Positions 48,901 through 59,760 of a DNA stretch of 64,000 nucleotides are shown here, one piece after another. The position numbers and the translations under genes are program-made. The stretch covers positions 62,001 through 126,000 of the forward strand of contig MEDY01000030.1 of NCBI GenBank assembly GCA_001724265.1. Reading direction: 5' to 3'. The notes below the pieces were generated by a model, which saw nothing but the letters and a program-made list of their open reading frames with translations, was not told the DNA's origin and ran no database searches. Source of the stretch: Rhizaria sp. SCN 62-66 (Eukaryota). Positions within the stretch are counted from its first letter, which is position 1; each line of letters begins with the position of its first letter.

Positions 48901-51900
48901 CCAGTGCCCCGAGTGCGTCAATCACAAGAAGACAGACCTGCTGCTCGAAGTGCTGGACCGGCTCGCCGCACTGGACCGCATGGGGTATTTCCTCTCGCCG
49001 ATCACCGACGACGATGCACAGGGGTACTCCTCGGTCATTAAGGTACCTATGGACTTCTCTGCGATCCGCGCGAAGCTCGTTGAGCTGCAGTACAGCTCCG
49101 TTGACGCGTTCAAGCACGACCTTAACCTCGTCTGGCGTAACGCGCGCGACTACAACGGCCTTAACTCCGTCGTGTGCAAGTTCGCCGCGCGCTTGCAACA
49201 GGCCGCGGTGGAACCCATCAACGCCGTCGAGCTTCGCTTCCGCAAGCGTAACGAAACGCTCGCGCCCGCCGCTGGGCCCGGAGCCGGCGGTCGGCTGCAG
49301 ATTTCATCCTCCGCAGGTGGTGCTGCGGCGCCCACGACCGTCGCTACGACTGGCGCTGACTCTAGCGCTTCTGCTGCTACGGTCACACTCGTTACCGATG
49401 CCACGGGCGCTGCTGGTGAGGCGACGGAGGCCGCTGCTGAGGCCAACGACGCCGCGGTCTCCGGCTCAGACGCTGCTAACGCTGCTGCCTCCGCTTCTGC
49501 CGCGAGCGGCGCTAGTGACGCGCTTAATGGCGCCTCAGCGACTGGCCGCGACGGCGCTAACAACAATGCCAAGCATGCTACAGGATTGCAGTCTGGCCTT
49601 TCGTCAATGGTCCCGAGCATCCGCAGCCGTTTCCTGCCCGCCGTGGGCTCCATCATCGCGCACGCTGCGGCTGCGGATGTGCGCGCGCCGTCCGGCAACG
49701 TGCACACGAGCGCGCTCGCAGTATGGGGCGTCGAACAACCGCCTGTGTCCGCCGCGGCGGCCGCGGCTCATCGCGCCGCGTCGTCGCTCGAAAACGAAGA
49801 GAGCATGCGCGCGGGCTCGGCGGCCGCGATGGCGTTGGCGGCGGTGACGGCGGCGGCGTTCCACTCGAGTGCGATGCCGCTATACTCGCTGTCAACCGAA
49901 GCGCCGGGGCTCGTAGAGGCACTGGCGCTCTCGCGGGGCGCGCCCACGACGGCCGCGGCGCTGGCGTTGACGTTTGCTGCGCAGTCTGGCGCGCACTGCG
50001 GCGTCGACGCGTGCGCGCTGTGCCAGTCCACGGGCGACACCGAACACATGCTCGCGTGCGCCGTCTGCGCTATGGCGGTGCACGTCTTCTGTGTGTTGCC
50101 CGGCGTGACAATGAACAGCATTTCACCCGAGGCCGCCGCGGCGTTCCGCTGCCCTGCGTGCGCCACGTGCACGGGCTGCAACGCGCCCGGCTCGATCGGT
50201 AGCGTGCACACCGAACAGGCCGAGAACGTGGGCCAGCAGCTGTTCTATTGCCAGGGCTGTCTCGGAGCGTGGCATCCTATGCGCTGCGCAGGTCGGCGTC
50301 AATTACATGAAGCCAACGGGTTCCGTTGTCCCGACTGCATGCGCTGCCGTTCGTGTCAGTTCCCAATGGCTGGTCGCTTCAGCTACTCGCAGCAGCGCGA
50401 TATTTGCGCCACATGTGAGCGCCTCGATGTCATCGGCCTTGTCTGCCCCATCTGCGACAAGGGCTGGGTGGGGCGCCCGGACGCCAGCACGCACCGCATG
50501 CTCAACTGCGACCGCTGCTCGCGCTGGGTGCACGCCGACTGCGAGGGCGTCAGCGCCGATACGCACACAAAGTGGGCCGCGGACCCGTGGCGCCGGTACA
50601 CGTGCCCGCACTGCCGTGCCGGCGACGAGGCCTGTGCGGGCACCAGTCTCGCGATCGCGTACAATGATGGCGCGACGCGTGGTGTGGGGTCGTGGGGCCA
50701 GCGCCGCGCCACGTTGCTGCACACGGCGGTCCAGGGCACGCGGCCGACGCAGAACACCTCGTGGTGGTGGCGCCAGCCCCCTGTGGCGGCCACTGTGGGC
50801 GCCGATTGCGGCAGTCGCTGTATCAGAAACGCAGCAGTGACTGCGATCGCGGAGCTGCCGCCGCTGCCACACACGACGCACTTGTCCGCAGCACCCACGT
50901 TCTCATTGTGGGCGACTGCGCACGCGGTGGGCCCCGCCGTTGCGCCAGTACCGTTGTGGGTGCTCTCGGCCGCGCTCGGCGACGCTGCGGACTCTGCGCG
51001 CACGCCGATGGGGCTCACGAAGGCTGCGCTCGACGCTGTATTTACGCTCCAGCGTGGCGGAGCTGACGGTGCGAACGATAACAACAGCGGTAACAAAAAC
51101 TCACTCTTGTCTCGGCTTTCCGCGCAGCACGGGCTCGCGCCGCATATCCCGGCCTCAGGCGCTTCTGCGGACGCGTTTGTGGCGGACGCGCTCGCGGCTG
51201 GCCTGCTTGCTCTCAACGGCTCGCCGGCCGCACAGTCGCCTGCGAGTGCCGCGATGCTGCTGCGCGGTCTGAGCGCCACCATTGCTTCCGCTGCGCCCGC
51301 GTCTGCGGTCTCTGCTGCTTTTGCCTCTGACGCGCTGACAACACATCGCGCAACTCTCTCGGTTGCAGAAGCCGTGGCGGCGCCCGCGGCGGTGGCGCAG
51401 TGCGGCGCGCGCGTGTCGCTGTCGCTTGCGCCTGAGGCGGCGGCCTTCATCAGCGCTGTTGCGGCCTACGCGTCCTCTGCCCCCGCCGCCGCCGCTTTGG
51501 TTGCGGCCGCGCGCAAGCCAGCGCTGCTGCTGGCGGCGCCGGCGTGGCGCGCGCGTCGTTTCCACGAGCCACCGACTGACTTCGCGAACTCTTTGCCTGA
51601 GCATATAGCTTTGATGGCGCTTAACGAGCCACCGCCGGTGGTTCTGACGGCGCCGAAGCGGCAGTCAGGCTCGGAGGCCGCTGAACCCGACACAGAGGCG
51701 GCACTGGAGCTGGACACTGACGCTGCGCGTTTGGCCGCGGCTACGGCTGCGGCGGAGGAGACCGGCCCCGACGGACGGCCCAAGCGGGCTCAGCGTAGCC
51801 GCGGACGCAAGAGTGAGGCTCAGAGGTTGCTCGAGCGCTCTGAGGCCGAGCTTATCTTCAAGCGTGGCTCGGAGAGCGATGCTGTGCCCGCAGCATCGTC

Positions 51901-54900
51901 GACGCAGCTGTCAGCTAGTGCCCGAGCGGCGGCCGCTCTGTCCGCGCTGTCGGAGCAAGGCCTCACAGCCGCCGCCGCCGCTGCCGCGGGCTCCGGCACC
52001 GCGGGCGCGGGCACGGTTGCACTCCACGCTGCCGCCACCGCGGCCGCGCTGGTGCAGGCCGTCGAGCGCGCACAGGCGCAGCGTCGCCGTGTGCGTCGCC
52101 GGACTCTGCTCGACGTCCAGCGCTGCTCGCGCGCCGCGGCCACGGTCGGCGACTTCGGATTTGGCCACCCGCCGCCTGGCCCGAGCGTGATGCTGACCGG
52201 CGGGAGCGATTGTGACGACGACGCCGCGCTCTGGTCTCTGGTCCACTCTTCGTACGCGGCCGCCGGGTCTGAGGCAGGTGCAATGGGCGACTGCGCGGAG
52301 CCTGAGGTGCAACTGGGTGCTCTGGGCGTCACTGCACTGCGCCCGCTCCTGGTGTACGGCGAGCACGGCTTCTCGGTCGTCGACGGTCAGGAGTATGCCA
52401 CGGCGCAACCAGGCGCTTCAGGATCGCAGTTGCCGTCTGCGGGGATTCCCCGCGGCCGTGTACGCTCTTCGCTCAGTGGCGAAGCGCGCGTCACCGCACC
52501 GCGCATTTTCAAGCGCCAGCTCGCCAAGACTGAGGACCTCGATGGATTCCTGGTTCTTGCGCCACGCACGCCAGGTATGCTGCCCTGGGTTCCTCTCACA
52601 TCGCACTGCGACTTGACTGGCGGTGTTGCTGACACTGGTGCTTTGCGCAGGTTTGATATTTCGGGCCCCACACCCTCCCTCGCCCCGGTGCGCTTTTTCG
52701 CGCCTGCTGCTCCGGCCGCGGGCCGCGGCGTCGGTAAGCTCGCTGGCATCAAGGTGCGCGCGGCTTCGTTCGGCGCTCGCGCCCCCGTAGCCGTGAGCGC
52801 TAAACGGGCTGCTGAGTGCGCGGCGGTGCCTGAAATGCTCTCGGCCACTCTGCGCACTGCCCTCGCGCGTCTGCCGCCCGCCGACCGCGCCGCTGCCCGC
52901 GCCGGCCTCAACGGCTGTACCGGTGCCTACAAGCACTCGCATTGCAACTCCACTGCCAAGACGACTGAGCGCGAGCGCGAGCCTGAGCCCACGTCTGCGT
53001 CCATTGTCGCGAGCGCAACAGCTGAGTCGGAGCCCACGTGGCAGGCAGAGTCCAGCGACGCGATGGCTTGGTTCTTGCGCGTCGCCACGAGCGTGCCCGC
53101 GCTGTCCGCCGCCGCGGCACCGGCTCTTGGCCGCGAGGCGCTGCTGCCGCATGTCCCGCTGCCGCCCGCGCCGCACGCGCTCAAGGCCGACACACGCACG
53201 TGCCTCTTCTGCCGCGGCCGCGAAAACGCGCACCCGCCCGGCGTCCACAGCACTGCGAGCCCCGGTCGCCTGCTCTCAGTCGGCTCGGTCCCGTCGGCGC
53301 TGTACGCGTCCGCACTTGAGACGGCCGAGTTCCCGGCCGCTCCGGGGCCCGCGGACGCGTTGCAGTCGACGGCCGCTATGGCGACTCGCTCACCGCTGCT
53401 GGCGCTGCCTGCGGGCGCGCGGGCGGCGATGGCGACGCTGCTGCAGTGCCCCACGAGCGCTTACACCACGCTGCCTGGCTGGGCGCACGCACAGTGCTTG
53501 GTCTGGGCCACGGGCGTGCAGGAGCGCTTCATCGAGGCCACGACCGCGCACGGCAAGATCACCGCCGCCACCCCGGGCGCTGTTGACACCGCGGTTCTTT
53601 CTGACGCCTCAGGCAACGTCAACGCCGCGGACGCCGCGGGTGTGGCTGGTGCCGCTACCCTTGCTACCGCTGCTGCTGCTGCTGCTGCCGGGGGCGCCGG
53701 TGATGCCGCTGCTCCGGCGGGCGAGGAAGGTGCAGCGGTGCCGCTGGAGGACGTGTTGATGTTCGAGACGCTACCGTGGGGCGCGCCGCCGCCACCGATG
53801 CCTGAAGCCGCACAGTACTCGCCCTTGATGCACCGTGCACTGGCGCGCGTGCACAACCTCATGGTGGGCCGTCGCCGCCCGCAGGGCTCGCTGCGCACGC
53901 CGAACCAGCTCGTGCGCGGGCTCTGGGTGCTCGTGGGCGTGCCGCCGCTGCTGTTGGCGGCCGCGGGCCGTCTCTGCGACTGCTGCGCGCGCCCCGGCGC
54001 GTCGCTGCTGTGCGCGGGCACGACCTCCGCGGCTCCGATCGCGCAGTTTGCCGCGTGTGGCTGCGCGGCGCACTTCGGCTGCGCCGTGGCCGCTGGGTGG
54101 GAGTTCCTGGGTGTCCGCCGCGTGCATTGCCCCGCGCACCGGCCGCATCCCGTGGGCTCGCTGTCGGCGCTCGCGCAGTCGCAGCTGACCCCCGCCGTCG
54201 CGCGCCGCGTCGTGGTGCAGGAGGCGTGGGCCGTGCTGGGCGACGAAGCCGGCGCGGGCGCGGATATCGCGACACCACTCACTGCGCGCCTTGTTGCCAC
54301 GCGGTCTCCCGCCGTGGCGCCGAGTGCGGCGAACGACGGCGAGGGCGAGGACGGCGACGCTGACGATGCGCCGGTGCCGCGCGCGACCGCGCGGCGCGGG
54401 CGCGGTCCAGGCGTGACGCGCATTTCGTTACGCGAGCGTGACCGCGACGGACGACGCGCTATCGTCCGCATGGCTGCCGCGCTGGTGAACGCGCTGGGAC
54501 CGGACTCGATTCTGCCGCCGCTGGCCGCGGTTCTTGGCGCCGCGTGCGTGGATCGGCCCGTGTCCGAGGACTCTGTGCGTGCTGCGCTTGCGACGCCCGG
54601 TGCGGGCTCCGCGCGGCGTCTGTTTGCGCTGATCGGTGCGTCGTGGACGGCCTGCCCCCCCGTGCCCATCATGCGCGGCGCGCCTCCGTTGTGGACACCA
54701 CAAACCACTGCTGAGCTCCGCCGTCGCGCTGCTGAGATGTTGATGAACGTGACCTCGGTCGATGACGCGCGCGCCGCCAACGCTGCCGCCGTCACCGCCG
54801 CGGCTGCCTCCGTTGCCGTCTCCGCGCTCAGTCCGAGCAGCCCGAATAACGCCAGCAACATGCCTGGCGGGACTGGCGCGACTGCGCTTGCTCCTGTGTC

Positions 54901-57667
54901 GACGCTGCTGCACCTCGGCGGCGCCACTGTGCACAGGCTCGGCGAGCTGCTGCCGCTGCTGCCCGCGTTCCACTCGCCTGCGCGGCTCGTGCCGTTCGGG
55001 TTTGCGGCGACGCGCCGGATGTGGTCGTTCCGCACCCCACGGCGCCGCGTCGTCTATGCCTTCACCGTGGGCGCCGAGGTCGACGCGCCGGCTATGGCCG
55101 CCGCCGAGGCCGCGCTGCTCGCGCTGCGCTCCACGAGCTCCTGGCGCGAGATGCTTGAGGCGTGGCGCGAGGACGAGGCGCGCGCGCTGGCTGAGGTGCA
55201 CTTAACGTCGTGGCGTCGCGCCGGCGCGCGTGACGATCCCATGTTAGGGCTGATCGGTTACCAGGGAACGCAGTACCGCTCCACGACGGCGTCGCTGGCC
55301 GGCCGCGTGCGCGATCGGCTGGCGGTGATCGGCGCTGTGCCGCTCGTCGCTGTGTCGACCGATCCCGCAGTGCTCGCGCGTGTGGCCGATGCCGCGGGGG
55401 CGTACCTCGCTGCCGTTGCCGGTCAGGTCCAGACGCACTGCGAGGTCGAGGAGGCCGCTGCGGTCGAGGCTGCCAAGCTCGCTGCGGAAGCGGCGAAGGC
55501 TGCTGCGGAGGCCGCTGAGAAGGCGGCCGCCGAGAAGGCAGCGCGCCTGGCTGCCGCGGCCGAAAGGGCAGCTGCTGCGGCCGCGAGCTCCTCCAGCGAC
55601 AACTTCTCTGACTCGTCATTCGCGACTAGTGAGAGCGCAAGCGGGTTCTCCAGCGCCACCGCCAGCGGTAGCGTTCCCGCTGACGCTGCTGATGCTGCTG
55701 CTGCAATTGCTGATGCTGATGCTGATGCGGAAGCTGCGGCGGCTCGTGCGCAAGCACTGGACGCGGCCGCCGCCGCGCACGCTGCGATGTCGATGCAGAG
55801 GGACGATTTCGACGGTGTTGACACGACCACTCAGTCAGAGCCACTCCAGCAGCAGGTTAGCGGTGACGTTGATGACGCTGACGACGACGACGACGACGAC
55901 TTGCTGCTGGGCGTGCCGGGCTCTCTGTCCGCGTCAGCCTCGGCCTCGGTCGCCGCCGCCGCGGCGCGCTACCTGCCGCCCGGTTTGCTGTGGGCAGAGC
56001 TGGTGTCCGCGACCGTGGCTGCGTTGGACGTCAGCGTCGCTCCTACACTGCGCTGGCGCCCGCGCTACACGCTCACTGCTGCGGACGCGCCTGACGAGCC
56101 TCTGGGCGACGCGTGCCCCGAAGCTCTCGCCGCCACGCACGCCGCGCGTGTCGCTGCTATCAACGACACGGCATCCGCGAAGAGCAGCCCTGCCGCGAGC
56201 ATCGCCATGAGCGACACTCCCGCTAGCCTCCGTGCGAATATGAGCGCCACCACCGCCGCACCGCCGCTGCTGCTGCTGTTCGGCCTGATGCACCCGCTCG
56301 TGACGTCGATGCTCGAGCGCTCTGCCGCGGCGCCGCTGTGCCTCAAGTACCATTTCCGCCACCGCGCAGACATCGCGCCGCTTGCTGCCCGCGCGCGCGC
56401 TCTGTGCGAGGCCACCGGACTCGACGGCACGCTGCTGCGCGCGCTGGGCCTCGCGCCAGCGCAGCTCGAGGCCACACCCGAGCTGGCCGCAGTGCGCGCT
56501 GCGTTTGCGTCTACTCGCCGCGCGACACGGCTCGCGGCGGCCCTGCGCGCGCCCGCGGGCTCCGACCCCGCAGCGAGCCAGCTGCTGCTTGCGCCGACTT
56601 GGCACGACACGATGGCGGGCCGCGCGCAGCACGATCTGCCGCCCGTCGCCGGCGGCTGCGCGCGCGCTCAGGTGCTCTCGCGTCGCAAGCGCACGAGCGC
56701 GCAGATGGGCTCGGCGCGCTACCTGGGCGCCAAGCGGCCCGCGCTGCGCGGCGACCTGTGGAGCGCGTCTGACGCCGAGGTGGCGGACTGGGCGACGACG
56801 CGCTACGCCGGCGGTCTGTCGCGTGAAGACGCGGAGATGGCCGCGCTGCTCATCCCGGCCCCGCCGGAGCCCGTGGACGTGCATGCGGCGGCCATCGCGG
56901 TCTCGCTGGCAGAGGCGGCGGGCGCGCCGGCGGCGGGCGCTGCTGCGGACGGCGGCGGCGGCGACGGCGACGGTGAGTCAGGCGCGGCGGGCGCGGGGCG
57001 CGATGGTGACGGTGCGGTGGCAGATGACGATGACGTCTCCGCGCCCACGGCCGGCGCTGCGGCGGCTGCTGCTGCGGCCGCTGCGGCGGCGTCTGCGGCG
57101 TCCGAGCACCGGCGCGACACGCGGTCCAAGGGCGCCGGCCGCGGCTCCGACGCGGTGGGCGGCGCTGATGACGGGTCATCTGGCGGTGTCGACAAGAAAA
57201 ATCTCATCCCGATGTACCGCGAGATGAAGGAGGAGGCCGAGGCGGCGCGGCCGTGCGTGGGCCACTCTCCAATCCACGAGTGGGGTCTGTTCGCGGCGCA
57301 TGACTACGAGCAGGACCAGATGATCATCGAGTATGTGGGCGAGATGATCCGCCAGAAGGTGGCCGACTCGCGCGAGAAGCGCTATGAGGCCGTTGATATC
57401 GACTCGTGCTATATGTTCCGCATCGATGCCGAGTGGATTGTTGACGCCACGAAGCAGGGCAATGCGTCGCGCTTTATCAACCACTCGTGTGACCCCAACT
57501 GCTACACACGACAGATCCAGGTCGATGGCGCCACGAAGATTGTTGTGTTTGCCAGCAGGTTTATCCCGCGTGGCATGGAGTTTACCTACGACTATTGCTT
57601 CTCCAGTGAGGAGGAGCGCATTCAGTGCCACTGCGGCACCGCCAAGTGCTCTGGACGCCTCAATTAA
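42377..57667 (+). CDS. Giant MLL/Trithorax (KMT2)-type histone H3K4 methyltransferase, 5096 aa, single ORF
   Basis: Domains in order: Tudor-like (IGQRVVVWWP...VRYDDGD, ~45005-45140), PHD fingers (~46200-46960 and ~48720-48915), bromodomain (YSSVIKVPMDF...LVWRNARDYN, ~48935-49210), second PHD cluster (~50005-50615), ePHD (~53195-54140), FYRN (~54905-55070), FYRC-like (~56270-56360), WIN motif GCARAQ (~56654-56671), SET (SPIHEWGLFA, IEYVGEMIR, RFINHSCDPNC, EFTYDY) and post-SET CHCGTAKC. The gene ends in TAA. The exact start codon is uncertain. Confidence 0.92.
43148..43186 (+). repeat. (GCCTCT)n coding microsatellite encoding Ala-Ser repeats, one of many coding tri- and hexanucleotide repeats in the window
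   Basis: gcctctgcctctgcctct... lies within the SET gene. Similar (GCG)n, (GCC)n and (GAC)n tracts occur at ~13655-13697, ~34670-34715 and ~45645-45725. Confidence 0.85.
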
Positions 57668-58022
57668 ACACGGGTGGAAGATCAAACGAAACAATTGACT
57701 GCAACTCATAACTTGAATTAGATAGCTTTGCTAGTTTAAAGAGATAATTACTACATGTGATAGGATAGATGGAAAGAAAGCAATAACGAAATACAAAGGT
57801 TTTTATTACAAACAAGAGATACGCGTGAACGCGCAACCACAATTACGAAATGAACTCTGCTCACGATGATAAGACGACCCTACGTCGCATCATGAACGTA
57901 TTCTGATGCTGATGAACAGATCGGGCACGCGCGTAATTTAAATAAAGGCCATACCACACTCGAAGCAAAGTGTGTGAACAATATTCGGTCGGTCAGAGCA
58001 ACGAGCAATGCTATTTCCAAGT

Positions 58023-59433
58023 TCAAGTTGCGCCGCCGTCAAGCGCGATGACCTGGCCCGTAATAAAGGCAGAGCCGGGTGACGCAAGCCACGCGCACAG
58101 AGCAGCAACCTCACCGGGCGTGCCAGTGCGACCTGCTGCAGACCGCGCGATGACTTCGTCGCGGCGGGCCGCGGACAAGGCTGAGAAGAGTGACGAAACA
58201 CAGTAGAGAGTGAAGAAACACGTTGAAAATACAGCGAACGACAACAACCAACTTTTAAAACACACGGAAGCAACGTTGAAATAATGGAGCTATGTTAACC
58301 CGTCTTGTAAAATATTCGTTTACGCAGTAGGTAATATCTTCTCATGAGGATGTTTGGAGACGTACTTTTGCTGGTCATTTCAGTCTCGATGAAGCCGGGC
58401 GCAATCATGTTGACCGTCACAGAGTTGCCGCGGAAGGTCGCAACTTCCTTTGCAAGCGACTTAGTAAAGCCCACTGCACGTAGACGTATACAAACAATGC
58501 AGCGAGATATGATAATCATTGTCGAAGAGAGTTGGTTAGTGTGGTTGTCGAAGAGAGTTGGTTAGTGTGATTTCATTCATTCAATCTTTGTCCAAACGCG
58601 CTCGACTCATTATCATCACCAGGTTTAAAGAAAGCAGAAAACATATCGCACATGTCGTCATGTGAACCAAAAAGCGGATTGAGCGTACCCATTGCGGACT
58701 TGGTGGCCGCGTAAAGCGTGAGCCCCGCCGCGCCCTGCGTGCCAACGATACTGCCGAACGTCACCACACGCAGATAATCACTCTCCGCACCGTTGCCTTT
58801 AGGTGCGTGCTTTAGCATCAGTTTCGCCGCGCTCATGGCGCCGCCCACGTTAACGCGGAAGGCATCGGTCACGGTCGCGGGCGCAGTGCGCAACAACAGG
58901 CCCTGGGGGCAGACGCCGGCGCAGGCGTAGAGCTGAGACGCCGGGGCCGGGAACAGCGTGGGAAGCGCGCGGAAAACGCTCTCCAGTGCGGCCTCGTCAC
59001 CCACGTCGCAGACAAACGGCGCGACAAGCTGTTGTAGCTCTGGCACAGCGGTGGAGTCCGAGGCAGCGGCTGGCGCGGGCGCTGAGGCAGCGACGGTAGC
59101 GGTGGCGGCTGCGGTGGCGGTCATGGGGTCGCGGAACGACGCTGCAGGATGCGCAGGGGAAAGCGCAGCAATAGCTTTAGCGCAAGACTCGTTGGTGCTC
59201 GCAAGAAGCGCGACGTTGGCGCCGAGCGACAGCATTTGGTGCGCGATGGCGAGGCCGATGCCGCGTGTGCCGCCGGTGACCACGATGGTTTTGCCGCGGA
59301 GCAGCGTCGGGGACGGCAGAGAGGGCAGTGCGGGCAGCATGGGCACAGAAGATGCCGCACTTGATAGAGGTGCGGCGCATTGCGATAAAACACGGCGCAC
59401 AGAGCGCGCAGACCGCAGAGCGGAGCGCAGCAT
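58023..59433 (-). CDS. Short-chain dehydrogenase, FabG/CBR4-like 3-oxoacyl-ACP reductase, probably mitochondrial; exons 59433-58689, 58473-58366 and 58180-58023
   Basis: Motifs VTGGTRGIG, GSIVGTQGAAGLTLYAATKSAM|VGFTKSLAKE, VNMIAPGFIETEMT and FITGQVIALDGG. Two phase-1 GTACG...CAG introns restore the frame. The N-terminus MLRSALRSARSVRR is Arg-rich. The gene ends in TGA. Confidence 0.9.
58519..58569. repeat. Perfect 25-bp tandem duplication (26-bp period) inside intron 1 of the SDR gene
   Basis: ttgtcgaagagagttggttagtgtg occurs at 58519-58543 and 58545-58569. Confidence 0.9.
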
Positions 59434-59760
59434 GGGGATTGGAGTGGGGCTCTGGGCCAACTGAAGCGGAGAAAAGTTGAGGTCGTTTGCAGGAGTGTGA
59501 TCGTCAAGTGAGTTTAGATTAAAATGCGGTGCCTTAAAATAATTATTTATATACTATTCATTAATTATATATTCTAAAACCCCTTTAGACACCCACATTG
59601 CTCACTTTCTCCGTCTTCGATTCCTGTTCGTTGTGACCGTTAGACCTCCTTGGCTCGCGCTTTGGTTACCTCTTGATATCAAGTTGCATTCAAGGGTTTT
59701 CTCTTCAAGGCTGGTTTATCTGGGTTTTAACAAGTGGTTTACGTTAGATACCGAAATATT

